IMG/VR virus record: IMGVR_UViG_3300046168_000058
Span: 4,375-68,374 of that record
DNA length: 64,000 bases
Origin: a virus
Direction: 5' to 3' (one strand)
The position numbers were made by a program, and so were the translations under genes. Below, in pieces: positions 40,759-50,280 of the stretch (position 1 is the stretch's first letter; each line of letters opens with the position of its first letter). The notes under the pieces were generated by a model, which saw only the letters and a list, made by a program, of their open reading frames with translations, did not search any database and was not told where the DNA came from.

Positions 40759-40861
40759 AACCTTTACCTTTTTTTACTGCACTTCGAGCAGCAGGCTTTT
40801 TTTTTCTGGGCATGTTCTTAATAGGTTTCTTCTTGGCGGATACTTTCTTTCCGTACTTCAT
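40748..40861 (-). CDS. very basic 37-aa protein
   Basis: MKYGKKVSAKKKPIKNMPRKKKPAARSAVKKGKGYGK; start coupled to the upstream stop. Confidence 0.6.
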   Translation of the reverse strand: MKYGKKVSAKKKPIKNMPRKKKPAARSAVKKGKGYGK

Positions 40862-41115
40862 TACTTTTTCCTCTTTCTGATTGATGATGTTCGTTTTCCC
40901 ATGCCAACACGCTTTTTTTCAGCTACGACAGCTTTCTTACGCTTGCCGACGCCTTTCCATGTGACTGGGGTTTTCTTTGAAACTTTTTTGCTGGGTCTGC
41001 ACTTCTTCACACCCTTGTTTTTCGACGATCCACACGGGTTCCCTTTTTCGTCCTTCCACTTCTCTTTGAACCAACGCTTGAGCGCTGCACCCTTTGCCGT
41101 CTTTCTTACGGCCAT
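40861..41115 (-). CDS. small basic phage protein (LKRWFKEKW type)
   Basis: LKRWFKEKWKD..G.PCG...KCRP motif. Confidence 0.75.
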   Translation of the reverse strand: MAVRKTAKGAALKRWFKEKWKDEKGNPCGSSKNKGVKKCRPSKKVSKKTPVTWKGVGKRKKAVVAEKKRVGMGKRTSSIRKRKK

Positions 41116-41267
41116 TACTTCTTCTTTGCGCCCCCACGCTTACGGCATTTGGCTATAGCCCCGCTCGCATAGGCACTTGGGAATACCTTATACGATGCTT
41201 TTACCTTACGATAGCACGCGTCTTTGTTAGTCTTTTTAGCTCCGCTTTTTTTCTTTTTTGCTGGCAT
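41115..41267 (-). CDS. small basic phage protein (DACY.KVK..YKVFPSAYAS type), 50 aa
   Basis: Not in ORF track; recognisable motif; stop coupled to the next start. Confidence 0.75.
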   Translation of the reverse strand: MPAKKKKSGAKKTNKDACYRKVKASYKVFPSAYASGAIAKCRKRGGAKKK

Positions 41268-41348
41268 TATTCATTCTCCTTGCAAGAGCCTGACGACGCT
41301 TTACTTCACCAGGCGTGTTCATAAATTTTATCTCTTCGAGGCTGTGCA

Positions 41349-41534
41349 TCAGTCTTCTAAATCAAAATCTGCTTCAAATTCTACGCTCGTATCGCAAAAG
41401 CGTTCGATGACATTAACAGCGGCTAGAGCCATTTCTTCTTCGTCCAGGTCGGATTCTTCCCACCAGCGGACAAATAACGAGCTAACCTCATTCTCGAACT
41501 GCTCGATTGGTTGTAGTTTCTTTTTTCTTGGCAT
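41349..41534 (-). CDS. small hypothetical protein with acidic C-terminus
   Basis: 61-aa ORF in the operon. Confidence 0.55.
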   Translation of the reverse strand: MPRKKKLQPIEQFENEVSSLFVRWWEESDLDEEEMALAAVNVIERFCDTSVEFEADFDLED

Positions 41535-41540
41535 AATAAA

Positions 41541-42416
41541 TTAAGCATTTAGTGGCCCGCGGCCTGTAAATAAACCAGCTGGGCGTTTGTTTTGGACGGT
41601 ACTCTCAAGAAAGTCTTTAAAATGTTCTTCATTTTCTTTCATATACTTAAGACCAGGTGATTCACCCTTGGAGTTACGGTTTTGGTAAAGCAACTGTTTC
41701 AGGCCATAATCTTGTACATGCCCTCCCCCTTTTTGAACTTTGTCTAGGATAGCCTTAGCATCATTACGGTTAAATTTATCCGTCCGTCCGCTACCGTCCT
41801 TAGGCCAGTTCCTGCGGATGTAGTCGTGCTTCATATTAGTGAGCTTAGCCCCCATTTCCTTATTTCGGGCTGCATAAGGAAGCTCACCTCCTTGATCCCC
41901 AAAATCGCCTTCTATATCGTAGTACTGACCACCCTCATAAGGCTGTGCCCCATGAACCATTTCTTCAGACATGGGGTTGTATGGGTATTTTTGTTGAAAG
42001 CGATTTAAAGGATCTGACCTTAGATGATCCAAACCGTATACATGTAACTCGGAAAAAGTTCTACCGGCATCATCTTTAATCGAATCTATAAAAGCTCTTC
42101 CACCAATAACATGTCCAGGGCGGCTACTGGGCTTCTCTTTAAACGCGTAAGAAGGATTTTTACGGTTCAATGTCCAATCGTCGAGTTTTGGAGCAATCGC
42201 TTTATCCTCTTTGGAGTCAAAATCACCATATTTAGACCTATTTTGTCTCGCTTCTGAAATAGCGGCGTCTACACCTCCTGGATAACCTTCGTAAAAATCA
42301 GATACATACTCTCGATACCCTAAATTAGCCGTTTTTTCAGGTTTTGGGAACTGATCAAGCTGCTGCTGATTCCTCTTATAAAGAGGTTCAACGGGATAAT
42401 ACTCTTTATCCGCCAT
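41541..42416 (-). CDS. hypothetical protein, possibly degenerate zincin fold
   Basis: EEMVHGAQ...YAARNKEMGA resembles HExxH...E with the first His replaced. Confidence 0.5.
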   Translation of the reverse strand: MADKEYYPVEPLYKRNQQQLDQFPKPEKTANLGYREYVSDFYEGYPGGVDAAISEARQNRSKYGDFDSKEDKAIAPKLDDWTLNRKNPSYAFKEKPSSRPGHVIGGRAFIDSIKDDAGRTFSELHVYGLDHLRSDPLNRFQQKYPYNPMSEEMVHGAQPYEGGQYYDIEGDFGDQGGELPYAARNKEMGAKLTNMKHDYIRRNWPKDGSGRTDKFNRNDAKAILDKVQKGGGHVQDYGLKQLLYQNRNSKGESPGLKYMKENEEHFKDFLESTVQNKRPAGLFTGRGPLNA

Positions 42417-42798
42417 TTTCTAATTCTACAGGTGCTTCCTGCACCGATTCCGAGTAAACATCGACGATTTCGTTCAAATCAACACCTGATTGACGGAATC
42501 TGGACATAATTTCGGCCGGTGATATGACTTTTGAACTGTTATCATTAACAGTAATCTCTGCCCTGGTGGCCGGTTTACCAAATCCGTACTCCAACATGAG
42601 CTTTGCAGCGGTTAATCGGGTCGTATGGTTGGGTCTTTCAATATATTCGACCCCTCGCTGCCCATCTGCACGGTTTTGACGCACTGTATGATTGGCTTTT
42701 AGGCCATCTCGTAGTGCATTCATAGCGGCTTCAAAGTCATCATCCTGGATAAACCGGTGAATATCTTCTCTTAACTGTGTAATTTGCTTACTTGGCAT
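42406..42798 (-). CDS. putative terminase small subunit
   Basis: First gene of the late operon; RLTAAKLMLEYGFGKP motif typical of small terminase-like proteins. Confidence 0.6.
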   Translation of the reverse strand: MPSKQITQLREDIHRFIQDDDFEAAMNALRDGLKANHTVRQNRADGQRGVEYIERPNHTTRLTAAKLMLEYGFGKPATRAEITVNDNSSKVISPAEIMSRFRQSGVDLNEIVDVYSESVQEAPVELENGG

Positions 42799-43266
42799 AA
42801 GGAGTCCTCAATTTAAGTAAGACTACTATTTTGGTACCCCCCGTACCACCGGTTGGGGTGCATGGTAAAAAAGGCATTTACGCGGTTTGAGTCTCAAACT
42901 ACTCGATTTCTACCCCATAACCACTGTTTTGCAGGATATACCAGGCAGAAGACGGCCTTCCAAAAGATTGTTTTATTTTTTGTGATTGATAGTCGAGTGC
43001 GAGTGGTAGTGATAGTTGGTACCCGGTGGGATGTGGGGGGTAGCTTTGCTAGTCAACGCAGGCTATTGGGCACCAATTAAGCGTCCATGCCGCAAGGCTT
43101 TCTCGTAAGCGACTAAGAGTCAACGACTTGGGCTCGAGGACGCACAGAATTAAGTATTCGGTTAACGAACAGGAGGTCGAGGGAGGCTGTTTTGTCCCTT
43201 GATCCCTGGAAGTCCGTGTGCTGAATTTTGTGTGTCAGTGGAGGTCAGGTCAACTTGACTCGGAAC

Positions 43267-43300
43267 AAAAAAAGACGCCACAGCCGCGAGGCTGTGACGC
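43267..43300 (-). terminator. intrinsic terminator
   Basis: Minus strand GCGTCACAGCC-TCGC-GGCTGTGGCGT-C-T7. Confidence 0.8.
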
Positions 43301-43325
43301 TTTTGTATACAAGTTTGAGTGATGG

Positions 43326-43676
43326 TTAGTTAATAACCCAGCTCTTAGACTTACCTTTTTTGACGGCGATGTAACCATCGTCATCAACAAAGAGAGTAAG
43401 AACGCATTCCTGTAAGGAATCTTTCTTAACTTTACGTATCTTGCCAAAGATTCGATCGTCATAAGTGTTGATGGTTTTACCACTCAACGGGCCATGATCG
43501 ATTTCACAAGTAACAGCGGTGAACTTGCCTTCACCGTCTTTACGTTTCATCTTCACCACGGCAGTGATGACAGCTGAATGCTGTGGATCTTTAGGATCGA
43601 AGATACTAGGATTAACAGAATTTGAACTACCGCCACCTGCTGGCGCGGTTCCTTTGTGTATTTTCTTAATAGACAT
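43326..43676 (-). CDS. monocistronic basic beta-rich protein (possible OB-fold)
   Basis: 116 aa, bracketed by the conserved repeat upstream and a terminator downstream. Confidence 0.65.
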   Translation of the reverse strand: MSIKKIHKGTAPAGGGSSNSVNPSIFDPKDPQHSAVITAVVKMKRKDGEGKFTAVTCEIDHGPLSGKTINTYDDRIFGKIRKVKKDSLQECVLTLFVDDDGYIAVKKGKSKSWVIN

Positions 43677-43737
43677 ACCTCATGAAATGGGGAAACAATA
43701 TTAGTAACAGTCACCTTAATGATAGTAAGCTAGCGGA
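43677..43737 (-). promoter_or_regulatory. copy 1 of ~60-bp conserved element (putative early promoter/leader)
   Basis: ACCT.ATG.AATGGGGAAA.AATAT...ACCTT(T)AATGATAGTA(A)GCTAGCGGA shared with 51364-51423. Confidence 0.65.
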
Positions 43738-43747
43738 CTCGGAGTAT

Positions 43748-43785
43748 AAGAAAAGCCCTGCCAGCGGACAAGACTGACAGGGCTT
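43748..43785 (-). terminator. intrinsic terminator ending the early-island operon
   Basis: Minus strand AAGCCCTGTCAG...CTGGCAGGGCTT then TTCTT. Confidence 0.75.
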
Positions 43786-43799
43786 AGTGTTTATATATA

Positions 43800-44153
43800 C
43801 TACGAACTGAACAACTGCATAACCATAGGATGCAAATATTTTATAGTGTCCATGAACTCATTGTGTTTTGCGAACGATGGTGAACCACCTGTTAACCAGA
43901 CAGATCCTTGGTCGTGAACCAGAGAATAGCTTGTACTAGGAACATCAATTTGAGTATAGCTCCAGTTATTGTGTCCCCATTGTACACGGTAGTGAACATT
44001 GTATGCACTTTTAGATATACATACAGTATCGCGTGGTAGTTCTGGTTTGTTACAACTTGCACTGTGCATAGGTGCTTCAATGTCGTTGAACTTTAGTTTG
44101 GCAGCAGTGCCACGATTAGTGGCAAAGCTGTAAGGTAATGGTGTGTGTTGCAT
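43800..44153 (-). CDS. hypothetical early protein
   Basis: 117-aa ORF, last gene of the island operon. Confidence 0.55.
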   Translation of the reverse strand: MQHTPLPYSFATNRGTAAKLKFNDIEAPMHSASCNKPELPRDTVCISKSAYNVHYRVQWGHNNWSYTQIDVPSTSYSLVHDQGSVWLTGGSPSFAKHNEFMDTIKYLHPMVMQLFSS

Positions 44154-44157
44154 GATA

Positions 44158-46287
44158 TTAGATGGTTACTGCGTTGATGTATTTATGGATGTGATTGGCG
44201 ATATCGTTTTTGTTTTCTGCCCAGGTTCTGATGGTGACAGTGTCAAGCAATGGATAGTTTCGCGTCATGTATTCCGACATATCTTTGAGGTATTCAGAAC
44301 GCTCAACTAGTTTTAGTCTGTATAAAACAGAGAACAGATTGGTGAGGTTGTATCTGTCAGATAGTTGAGTTTGCCCGTGATAGTAACTTGAATTTTTGTG
44401 GTAGTGTACTAATACACGACCGTAATTCGCGATGTCTTGATTGTCACAATTTACAATTATGTCAGCTAACTCTCGGTCATAGTTGGAGTGAGTGTCTTTT
44501 GATGTAACTTGTGCATACAATTTAGATTGATCAGGATTAGCTTTTTCCCATGTTGCAAACAATTCTGCGATATATGCATCAAGTGTAATCCATTTGTTAT
44601 CAAGTTTTTTGACATGATGTTTTTTGACACCGTGAATGACAGGAGTAAGCGTGCTTAAATTAGACATATCAGACAGGAAGCGTATAGCTTTTTGTATTTG
44701 CTCAAGATAATCGAGCCAGTCTTCGTGGCCTTGCCAATCGAAGCGATCGAGTGGGACATATACAAAGCGTCCGTCAGCCATTGCTGTAGTTGGAGCTTCT
44801 TTAGATAATCTAGCAGACTTGAGTGTGTTAGGGCTAAGTGTACATACATTTACACGAACAGGTTTTTGTGTATTGCCGTTGGTGATAGTGCTGGCTGTAC
44901 GGTTAGCTTTGAGTGGTTCGATATTATCGAGATCTATGTAATCACCTGGTATCAGTTTAGGTTCAACATAATCAAGACGGCTACGAGGAATGACATAGTA
45001 TCTTTCCATTTGTGGATTCTTAGATTCATGCTGAAGCGTGCGTATGCGTCGAGTGGCATTGTTGTTAGCAATCTTGTCATCTGAATATACACAAAGTTTG
45101 GTGTATTTGGTTAGTGATGTAGACACTGCATCACCTGATTTGTTGCGCCATACATTGTCAGAAGATCGCCATGATTTCTGTTGCTCATGCATTCTGATGC
45201 TGGTTGTACCGAACTTTATTGATGATATGAGTGGAAGGCCGCGCCATGTGCATTTTGATACAATAGATTTATGTATGCCGCCAGGTATCAAGGCAGCGTA
45301 TTTATCTGCTGTGATGGATGCTTGAACACGAGAAGTTGCTGCTTTAACGCTTTTGTTAGTGCGGTTTACAAGATCAAGTAGCATGTTATTTGTCATTGCG
45401 ACAAGTGCATTGCGTGTACGATCGGTGTACTCGAGAGATTCACGATTGGCAGCTATGTCGACAGCACCAAGTGGTGCGTATAGAATAACACTGTTGGCTT
45501 GAGCTAACGATCCGGCATCGCTGTTAATGTTTAGTTGATTGTAATCAATCGGATAGCATATGTTACCCATGACAAGACTCGCACCGCCGTAGTGACGACC
45601 GTGACGGTATTGGTTTGAATCTTCGAATGATTGCAGTGCCCAGTCATCGGTTGATTCAACAATATTTATATCAATTAGTTTTTCATTCGATGTAGGTTTG
45701 ACACGCCAGTATTTGAAGAACTGATGTGCTTTGCTGATGCATGAGTTGATGTCATCTTTGCGTATAGCTACGATAACTTCAGTACCTGTTGGTCTGTTGA
45801 TGTTATCAATTTTGCTGATCATTGATATTGTACCGCGTTTGGATTCATCAATCCGTGCATGCCATGTTGTGATGTGTGATCGGGTAAAGCTGACGACTTG
45901 GAAGTCATCACCGTATGCGAAGCCAGCTTTGCAACCGATACCAAGGCAACCTGTGTAATCGTTTGATGATCGCTTAGTTGATGCACCGTATTTGACATAC
46001 AGATTGCAAACATCGTCATCAGATAAACCCTTGCCGAAGTCACGGAATGATAGTTCTGGTTTTGCAATGGTTGGTAGTTGTACATCAATTGGATTGTCGT
46101 TGCCTGCTTCGATGTTGGCGTCAGCTGCATTGGTGCTGTATTCACGAATGACAGCGAGTAGTTTGTCGGAGTATATTTGTGAACGAAGAATACCCATGAT
46201 GTGAGATAAGTCAGATTCTTCGATGCCGAAGTCAGCGGCTTTTGTTATGTTAGTGCTGTAGTTAGATGTATTAGTTGATAATTTCAT
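44158..46287 (-). CDS. rIIA: rIIA-like protein (GHKL/Hsp90-type ATPase N-terminus)
   Basis: ILRSQIYSDKLLAVIREYSTNAADA, RDFGKGL, YGASTKR.SND.TG.LGIGCK, GTEV, IAANRESLEY; start placed at MKLSTN (46287). Confidence 0.85.
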   Translation of the reverse strand: MKLSTNTSNYSTNITKAADFGIEESDLSHIMGILRSQIYSDKLLAVIREYSTNAADANIEAGNDNPIDVQLPTIAKPELSFRDFGKGLSDDDVCNLYVKYGASTKRSSNDYTGCLGIGCKAGFAYGDDFQVVSFTRSHITTWHARIDESKRGTISMISKIDNINRPTGTEVIVAIRKDDINSCISKAHQFFKYWRVKPTSNEKLIDINIVESTDDWALQSFEDSNQYRHGRHYGGASLVMGNICYPIDYNQLNINSDAGSLAQANSVILYAPLGAVDIAANRESLEYTDRTRNALVAMTNNMLLDLVNRTNKSVKAATSRVQASITADKYAALIPGGIHKSIVSKCTWRGLPLISSIKFGTTSIRMHEQQKSWRSSDNVWRNKSGDAVSTSLTKYTKLCVYSDDKIANNNATRRIRTLQHESKNPQMERYYVIPRSRLDYVEPKLIPGDYIDLDNIEPLKANRTASTITNGNTQKPVRVNVCTLSPNTLKSARLSKEAPTTAMADGRFVYVPLDRFDWQGHEDWLDYLEQIQKAIRFLSDMSNLSTLTPVIHGVKKHHVKKLDNKWITLDAYIAELFATWEKANPDQSKLYAQVTSKDTHSNYDRELADIIVNCDNQDIANYGRVLVHYHKNSSYYHGQTQLSDRYNLTNLFSVLYRLKLVERSEYLKDMSEYMTRNYPLLDTVTIRTWAENKNDIANHIHKYINAVTI

Positions 46288-46351
46288 AGTATTTATAGTT
46301 GTTGTGTGAGTTGAGCAGTTTGTTGACATGCTCAGGTCATATGGTGTGTGG

Positions 46352-47308
46352 TTAGGATGGAAGTTCCATGAATCTGATTGTGAAATCATTCATGTGATTA
46401 TCGAAGCCGAAGTCGGCGTGGTAGTGACTTTGATCTATTATGCAGTCACGGATATCAGACATACCTACATTTGGGAATGCATGTTGTACTTCTCGGAAGT
46501 AAACAGGTACATCATTATGGACACGAGCATCAAGCCAGTCAAACAATGCATTGCTGTCAACTGATGAAACACCGTAGCCACCGTTGTTGAGTTTAGCGCG
46601 GCTGGTATTTTCTGCGATGACTGTATATTTGCATACACGCAGTTTACCGTAATCACATTCGTTAGGTACAGATACGATGTCTGCTGGACTATATTCGACA
46701 GTCATTAGTTTGCCATCGTCACCAGCCCATGAGTCAGCATAGTCATGTGAACCTACATGGAAGCCTGATGAGCAGCCGTGATCTGGGTTGTCGTCAACAC
46801 CAGACCGAGGCATTGATAGTACTTGGCCGACGCTGTTGTCGAACTTGCCAGAGTATTTATCTTTGTAGTCATCACGCACACCTTTGTAACCGATGAGATT
46901 ACCTGTTTTATTCATGGGCATACCGCTGTGTTTGATGAAGTTGTATGCTTGCTGACGACAGTTGTACGATGGATTGTCGTGCAACTTTTCGATGAAGCGA
47001 AACCAGCGATCAATGTCGCTTGCACCTTCTGATACAAGGTCGATTAGTTTTTGTGCTTCTGCTGAATGAAGCTTGTTGCCATCAAGGAATACTTTGTTAC
47101 CGCGAACAGTAACGCGTCCGTTAGATACAGACTTGAGAACATTTGATTCATCAAGTAGATCGCGAACGGTTTCTTCATCACCTTTTTTGATTGCATCAAT
47201 TAATGGACGGTAGTTCATTCGGTCACTGGTGATAGTGACGGCGTTATGGTTTATGAGATCGTGTACGAATACAGATTCATCTTGGTATGAGTATGCTATA
47301 TTATTCAT
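46352..47308 (-). CDS. rIIB: rIIB-like protein
   Basis: G.LIGYKGVRDDY.D, NSVG.V.SMPR..VDDN....CSSGFHVG, PADIVSVP...KLRVCKY.V. Confidence 0.85.
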   Translation of the reverse strand: MNNIAYSYQDESVFVHDLINHNAVTITSDRMNYRPLIDAIKKGDEETVRDLLDESNVLKSVSNGRVTVRGNKVFLDGNKLHSAEAQKLIDLVSEGASDIDRWFRFIEKLHDNPSYNCRQQAYNFIKHSGMPMNKTGNLIGYKGVRDDYKDKYSGKFDNSVGQVLSMPRSGVDDNPDHGCSSGFHVGSHDYADSWAGDDGKLMTVEYSPADIVSVPNECDYGKLRVCKYTVIAENTSRAKLNNGGYGVSSVDSNALFDWLDARVHNDVPVYFREVQHAFPNVGMSDIRDCIIDQSHYHADFGFDNHMNDFTIRFMELPS

Positions 47309-48084
47309 AGATATTTTGCCCAATATAGGCTGTTTGGTTGATTTTGGATTTGGTCCCAGAATATGTTGCGAGCAATTACTGGTGGGACATCGTATGCTTT
47401 GGATAGCATAAGCCAGTAGTTCTCGTAGTAGTGGTATTGTGCTGGTGAACCTGATTTGTCAGGGTCGAGCCAACCGAATGCTTTCCACATGTGACGATCG
47501 ATGCATATGACTTGAGCAGTCAATGGGTAGATCATCTCGAGTGCGAAGCTGGTTTTAGCTAGACCAAGCTTGGGCAGGTTATCTGTAATGACATTGCGGA
47601 AGCGTTGCCATTGAACACTGTTTTGTTTTACGAATATGTTGGAGTCCCATAGTTCGTGTAGCTTGTCGATACCGACAGCTTTGATATTGTACATACCGCC
47701 AGGTGTATCTTTGAGTATACTAGACAGTTGGTTCAGCGATACATTATCGTATAGATTACGAATAGCATCATACTGAATACAACTGTTGAGCCAGCTTGTG
47801 TGTACTGTGCAGTATGCAAAGCGGAAGCGATTGATTTCTTCGTGATCAGACCGAGGACGCAAGTCAATCCATTGATTGATATAGCGTGCTTTAGTATACG
47901 GTGTAATACTAGCGAAGAACTTTGTTATACGCTTACGATGCACACGAGGTATTTGCACGATACCCTGTCCACCCCGATAGCTTGAGAAGCGTAAGCGCTT
48001 TGCTGGCTTCGCTGCCCGCTGGTTGGGTGCCGTGAATAAGTTGAGCGAAGTCTGGTCCGCGTTTGTATGCGTGTGAGTCGTCAT
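47305..48084 (-). CDS. HhH-GPD superfamily DNA glycosylase-like protein
   Basis: LPKLGLAKTSF HhH motif and VICIDRHM catalytic-Asp motif; true start may lie downstream. Confidence 0.7.
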   Translation of the reverse strand: MTTHTHTNADQTSLNLFTAPNQRAAKPAKRLRFSSYRGGQGIVQIPRVHRKRITKFFASITPYTKARYINQWIDLRPRSDHEEINRFRFAYCTVHTSWLNSCIQYDAIRNLYDNVSLNQLSSILKDTPGGMYNIKAVGIDKLHELWDSNIFVKQNSVQWQRFRNVITDNLPKLGLAKTSFALEMIYPLTAQVICIDRHMWKAFGWLDPDKSGSPAQYHYYENYWLMLSKAYDVPPVIARNIFWDQIQNQPNSLYWAKYL

Positions 48085-48697
48085 TGTCGATTTCTAGTCC
48101 TTTTTTGTTAGCTTCTTGTTTTGAGTATACAACTTGAGCAGATTTTAGATTATGGGTTGTGATGAGGTGGTCATGTTTACCGCCCCATGATGCATTGAGT
48201 TCGAAGTTGGATGGAATGTGTTCCATGTTAGCAACCCATAGATCAATGCGTTTAGTGTAGCTGTAGAACCAAGTTGGTGCAAAGGCACGAGCTAGATCAC
48301 ACCAAGCCAAGAAGTAGGATTGGTTGAAGAAGTCGCCACCTATGTGTGCGCGTACAATAGGTCGTTGTTGATGGTTACGGTGATAGTTATCGTGCAGCGG
48401 TCGTAGACTGTTGAACAATAGCTTGAACATTTGTTTCCTACTTTTCTTTCGTAATAGAAGGAAGTTGTTCCATCGTTGTTTGCGTATAGCTGAGTGACGA
48501 GCTTCCATAGTTGCTGCATAGCATCTGAACTTGGTTGAGTCGCCATCTGTGATTTTACCGGTTGTTTGGTCAGCTTTTGACAGACATTCGTCTGCCGCCG
48601 GGCACGAGTGTCCTGACGGCAGACTGAGATGTTTGATTCTGTCTGGTAACTTTGCGTTACTAGCTGACCAGCGTAACGTTGTGTTAGCTGATGTCAT
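47933..48697 (-). CDS. GP88-like protein (Cys motif, radical-SAM-like pattern)
   Basis: NAKL...LSLPSGHSCP....C...CYA...VRAHIGGDFF...Y...W...FYSYTK. Confidence 0.7.
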   Translation of the reverse strand: MTSANTTLRWSASNAKLPDRIKHLSLPSGHSCPAADECLSKADQTTGKITDGDSTKFRCYAATMEARHSAIRKQRWNNFLLLRKKSRKQMFKLLFNSLRPLHDNYHRNHQQRPIVRAHIGGDFFNQSYFLAWCDLARAFAPTWFYSYTKRIDLWVANMEHIPSNFELNASWGGKHDHLITTHNLKSAQVVYSKQEANKKGLEIDNDDSHAYKRGPDFAQLIHGTQPAGSEASKALTLLKLSGWTGYRANTSCAS

Positions 48698-48896
48698 AGT
48701 ATTTATTTATTTTAGGTGAGTATAGCGTGCTACATTGTAAACAGGGCGTTGTACCATATGTAGACTTTTGTTTGTTACATATAGGACAGCGACTTAAGCT
48801 GTTTATTTTGTAGTAAGTTGCTGTTGCTTCTCGTATCTCTGCAGGTGTGTATTTAGCACGGTTGCCAAGAATTTTTAGAGCACGAGCATAACTCAA
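48684..48896 (-). CDS. small zinc-finger protein
   Basis: CPIC...CLQC. Confidence 0.45.
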   Translation of the reverse strand: MSYARALKILGNRAKYTPAEIREATATYYKINSLSRCPICNKQKSTYGTTPCLQCSTLYSPKINKYYDIS

Positions 48897-49682
48897 TTAG
48901 TTGAGTTGAAGCTGTGATTGAATTGTATCAGCTGGGTTAGTTAGTTGTACATTGCAGAAACGATCGAACACTTTGTGCAATGCGATACCGCGTTGTGCTG
49001 AGTTAGCGATTGAGGTTCTACATTCTTTGTGAATTTCAGTGAATGCATTGAATGCAGACCAGGCATTGCGATCAGCAAATGCATCGTGTCGTGGATCAAG
49101 GTATTCAGTATGTACTTTTTCAGCTTTGCTTTGAGGTAGTGCACCGTTGATGATAGCGTCACCTAGTATTTGGTAGAAGTTATTCATAGATAGTTCTGTT
49201 TCCATATACTTGTTGAAGCGGGTCTCGTTGTTTGACCATGTCTGTACTACTTGATCGAGCATGTTTGATACACGATTGTTGAAGTTAGTGTGTACATGTT
49301 TGGTATGTTTGCTGGAGATTATGTGATCACCAGTGAAGTAACCATTTGAACATACAAGCACTTGGCCACCTGAACATGCGGATGCGCCGAAGCGTTTGTT
49401 GTGACTGTTACGAATGCCGAGCATGTTACGATAGACACCGTTTTCGCTTTCCATATACATGGTAGCAAACATGTCAGGATGTGGTTGGCGTACTTTATTT
49501 TCTACTACATCAACAATTTGATACTTGAGTTCATCAATATGAAGATCGCGTTTTTCTGCTTGCTCAATGACAGTTGTCATAACCTCATGATGCGGCATTG
49601 GTTGCCAAGTAGCAGTAGGTGCTGGCGTTGATATTTGTGTTAATCCGTTGAAGTCAACGGTGCGTGAGTTATTTAGTTTCAT
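48897..49682 (-). CDS. DUF932-like protein
   Basis: TPAPTATWQPMPH, LGIRNSHNK, VLVCSNG.F.G, KHT, NAWSAFNAFTE. Confidence 0.8.
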   Translation of the reverse strand: MKLNNSRTVDFNGLTQISTPAPTATWQPMPHHEVMTTVIEQAEKRDLHIDELKYQIVDVVENKVRQPHPDMFATMYMESENGVYRNMLGIRNSHNKRFGASACSGGQVLVCSNGYFTGDHIISSKHTKHVHTNFNNRVSNMLDQVVQTWSNNETRFNKYMETELSMNNFYQILGDAIINGALPQSKAEKVHTEYLDPRHDAFADRNAWSAFNAFTEIHKECRTSIANSAQRGIALHKVFDRFCNVQLTNPADTIQSQLQLN

Positions 49683-49893
49683 AATCTGTTATGCTATTAC
49701 TGTTTTGGTTGGTGTGTGGTATATTGTTTCAGCCCAGCCACGCATTACGATGTGTGGTTGTGACTTGTTATGATGCGATTCGATAGGCACATCGCATTTG
49801 ATGTTTGTCGTTAGTAGACATTTGTTTTTGTAGTGCAACGACAGGCACTTGTGTTGTTTGTTGTAGTGAAAGAAGAACCGACGATGATTGCTG

Positions 49894-50280
49894 CTAGGCC
49901 GACATAGCGATGACATTGTTTGGTATGGGTTGAGTTGTTGTTGTCAGGTCGATGTGTTGAGCGATTGGTATAGGTGTAACAACGCATTCGACACCATGCA
50001 GACGCACTGAAGTGATAGTGTCGAGGTTGAGATTACGGTAGCCGCGTTCAGCTTCGAAGGTGTGTCCATCCATGGTCCACATTAGATATATTGATATATA
50101 TGAATGTTTTAGACTTGGAGGCATGCCAGTACCTTTGATGTGCTTGGTTACTCCAAGTCGTGCATTTGCGCAGCGTTCTGTTCCATCTTTTTTAGTCCAA
50201 CATACATTGAATATTTTGCCACGCGTAGTAAGTAGCAATTGTTCAAGTTTTGAACGGTGTATAATTATTGGTTTGTCCAT
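49894..50280 (-). CDS. SH3/WYL-like small phage protein
   Basis: GKIFNVCWTKKDGTER..NARLGV.K..KG...GYRNLNLDTI; start at MDKPII. Confidence 0.7.
   Translation of the reverse strand: MDKPIIIHRSKLEQLLLTTRGKIFNVCWTKKDGTERCANARLGVTKHIKGTGMPPSLKHSYISIYLMWTMDGHTFEAERGYRNLNLDTITSVRLHGVECVVTPIPIAQHIDLTTTTQPIPNNVIAMSA

Noticed and set aside
40790-40810. Frameshift at the A9 run in the 37-aa basic gene
   Set aside because: Counting shows AGA AAA AAA AAG CCT stays in frame.
685-42008. Numerous short plus-strand ORFs in the ORF track within the structural module
   Set aside because: They are antisense shadows of long, motif-supported minus-strand genes.
43725-43745. N4-like hairpin promoter (AGCGGA in both repeat copies)
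   Set aside because: The C:G-closed GGA triloop stem is not formed in either copy, and the small palindromes next to it differ in position.
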